A stretch of DNA of 63,709 nt, the filler included, from Lama guanicoe (Eukaryota), in NCBI GenBank assembly GCA_013239625.1. It is 212 parts of 212 records of this genome, joined end to end, with 100 filler letters (N's around TTAATTAATTAA, not from the genome) between each part and the next. Parts side by side here need not be neighbours in the genome. Positions count along the whole stretch, not along the records: positions 63,509 to 63,709 come from PNXV01031005.1; 211 more parts are not named here. One strand, given 5' to 3'. This document shows positions 63,509-63,709 of the stretch, in pieces. Positions within the stretch are counted from its first letter, which is position 1. Every line of letters starts with the position of its first letter. Both the position numbers and the translations under genes were made by a program. A model generated the notes under the pieces. It searched no databases, was not told where the DNA came from, and worked only from the letters and a program-made list of their open reading frames with translations.

Positions 63509-63709
63509 TAATTCCTATCAAAATCCAGTGGCATTTTTTAAAGTAGGAAAAAAAAAAACAATACAAAAATGTATAAGGAAACACAAAAGACCTTATACAT
63601 ACAATGCTGGAGATTTTGCACTCTATATCAAACTATAATATAAAGCTATAATAATCAAATTAGCATGGTACTGCCATAAAAACAATGGAATAGAAATGAG
63701 AGTCTAAAT
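63509..63709 (+). mobile_element. Old LINE-1 ORF2 fragment
   Basis: AATTCCTATCAAAATCCA..TATAAAGCTATAATAATCAAA..GCATGGTACTGCCATAAAAACAATGGAATAGAA. Confidence 0.8.

Larger units (their letters stand above)
1..63709. other. Artificial concatenation of 212 unplaced ~201-bp contigs joined by 211 synthetic 100-bp linkers
   Basis: Period is 301 bp, or 300 after the three 200-bp fragments at 3914, 11438 and 20768. 212x201 + 211x100 - 3 = 63709. Adjacent fragments are unrelated in sequence and GC content. Confidence 0.98.

Noticed and set aside
1..63709. CRISPR-like array of an invariant palindromic repeat with uniform ~201-bp 'spacers'
   Set aside because: The repeat is a synthetic six-frame-stop linker embedded in Ns. 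The 'spacers' are mammalian genomic fragments, and there are no cas genes or leader.

Overview
This window is not a contiguous locus. It is an artificial concatenation of 212 tiny unplaced assembly fragments (209 of 201 bp, 3 of 200 bp). Each is separated by an identical 100-bp linker: 44 N + TTAATTAATTAA + 44 N, the 12-mer giving stop codons in all six frames. Neighbouring fragments have no biological relationship, and almost every entry in the ORF track runs into a linker. The content is mammalian nuclear DNA, very probably camelid, based on tRNA-Ala-derived Vic-1-like SINEs. It holds LINE-1, MIR, L2, MaLR/ERV LTR and DNA-transposon pieces, microsatellites and two satellite families. Recognisable coding pieces are a PDGFC exon, a PKHD1 G8-domain exon, an ANKRD26-family mini-exon, two olfactory-receptor fragments (one frameshifted) and an open betaretroviral reverse-transcriptase segment. 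I find no evidence for a new multi-gene biological system; the CRISPR-like periodicity is an assembly linker. The most interesting real signals are: a PDGFC exon with 53 of 54 codons ending in G/C; a stop-free JSRV/MPMV-like endogenous retrovirus RT; a ~250-bp satellite monomer reconstructable from three fragments; a heptamer satellite with a shared longer motif; and two fragment pairs that look like de Bruijn bubble arms with exactly 49-bp identical flanks. Homology calls come from recalled sequences, not from database searches.
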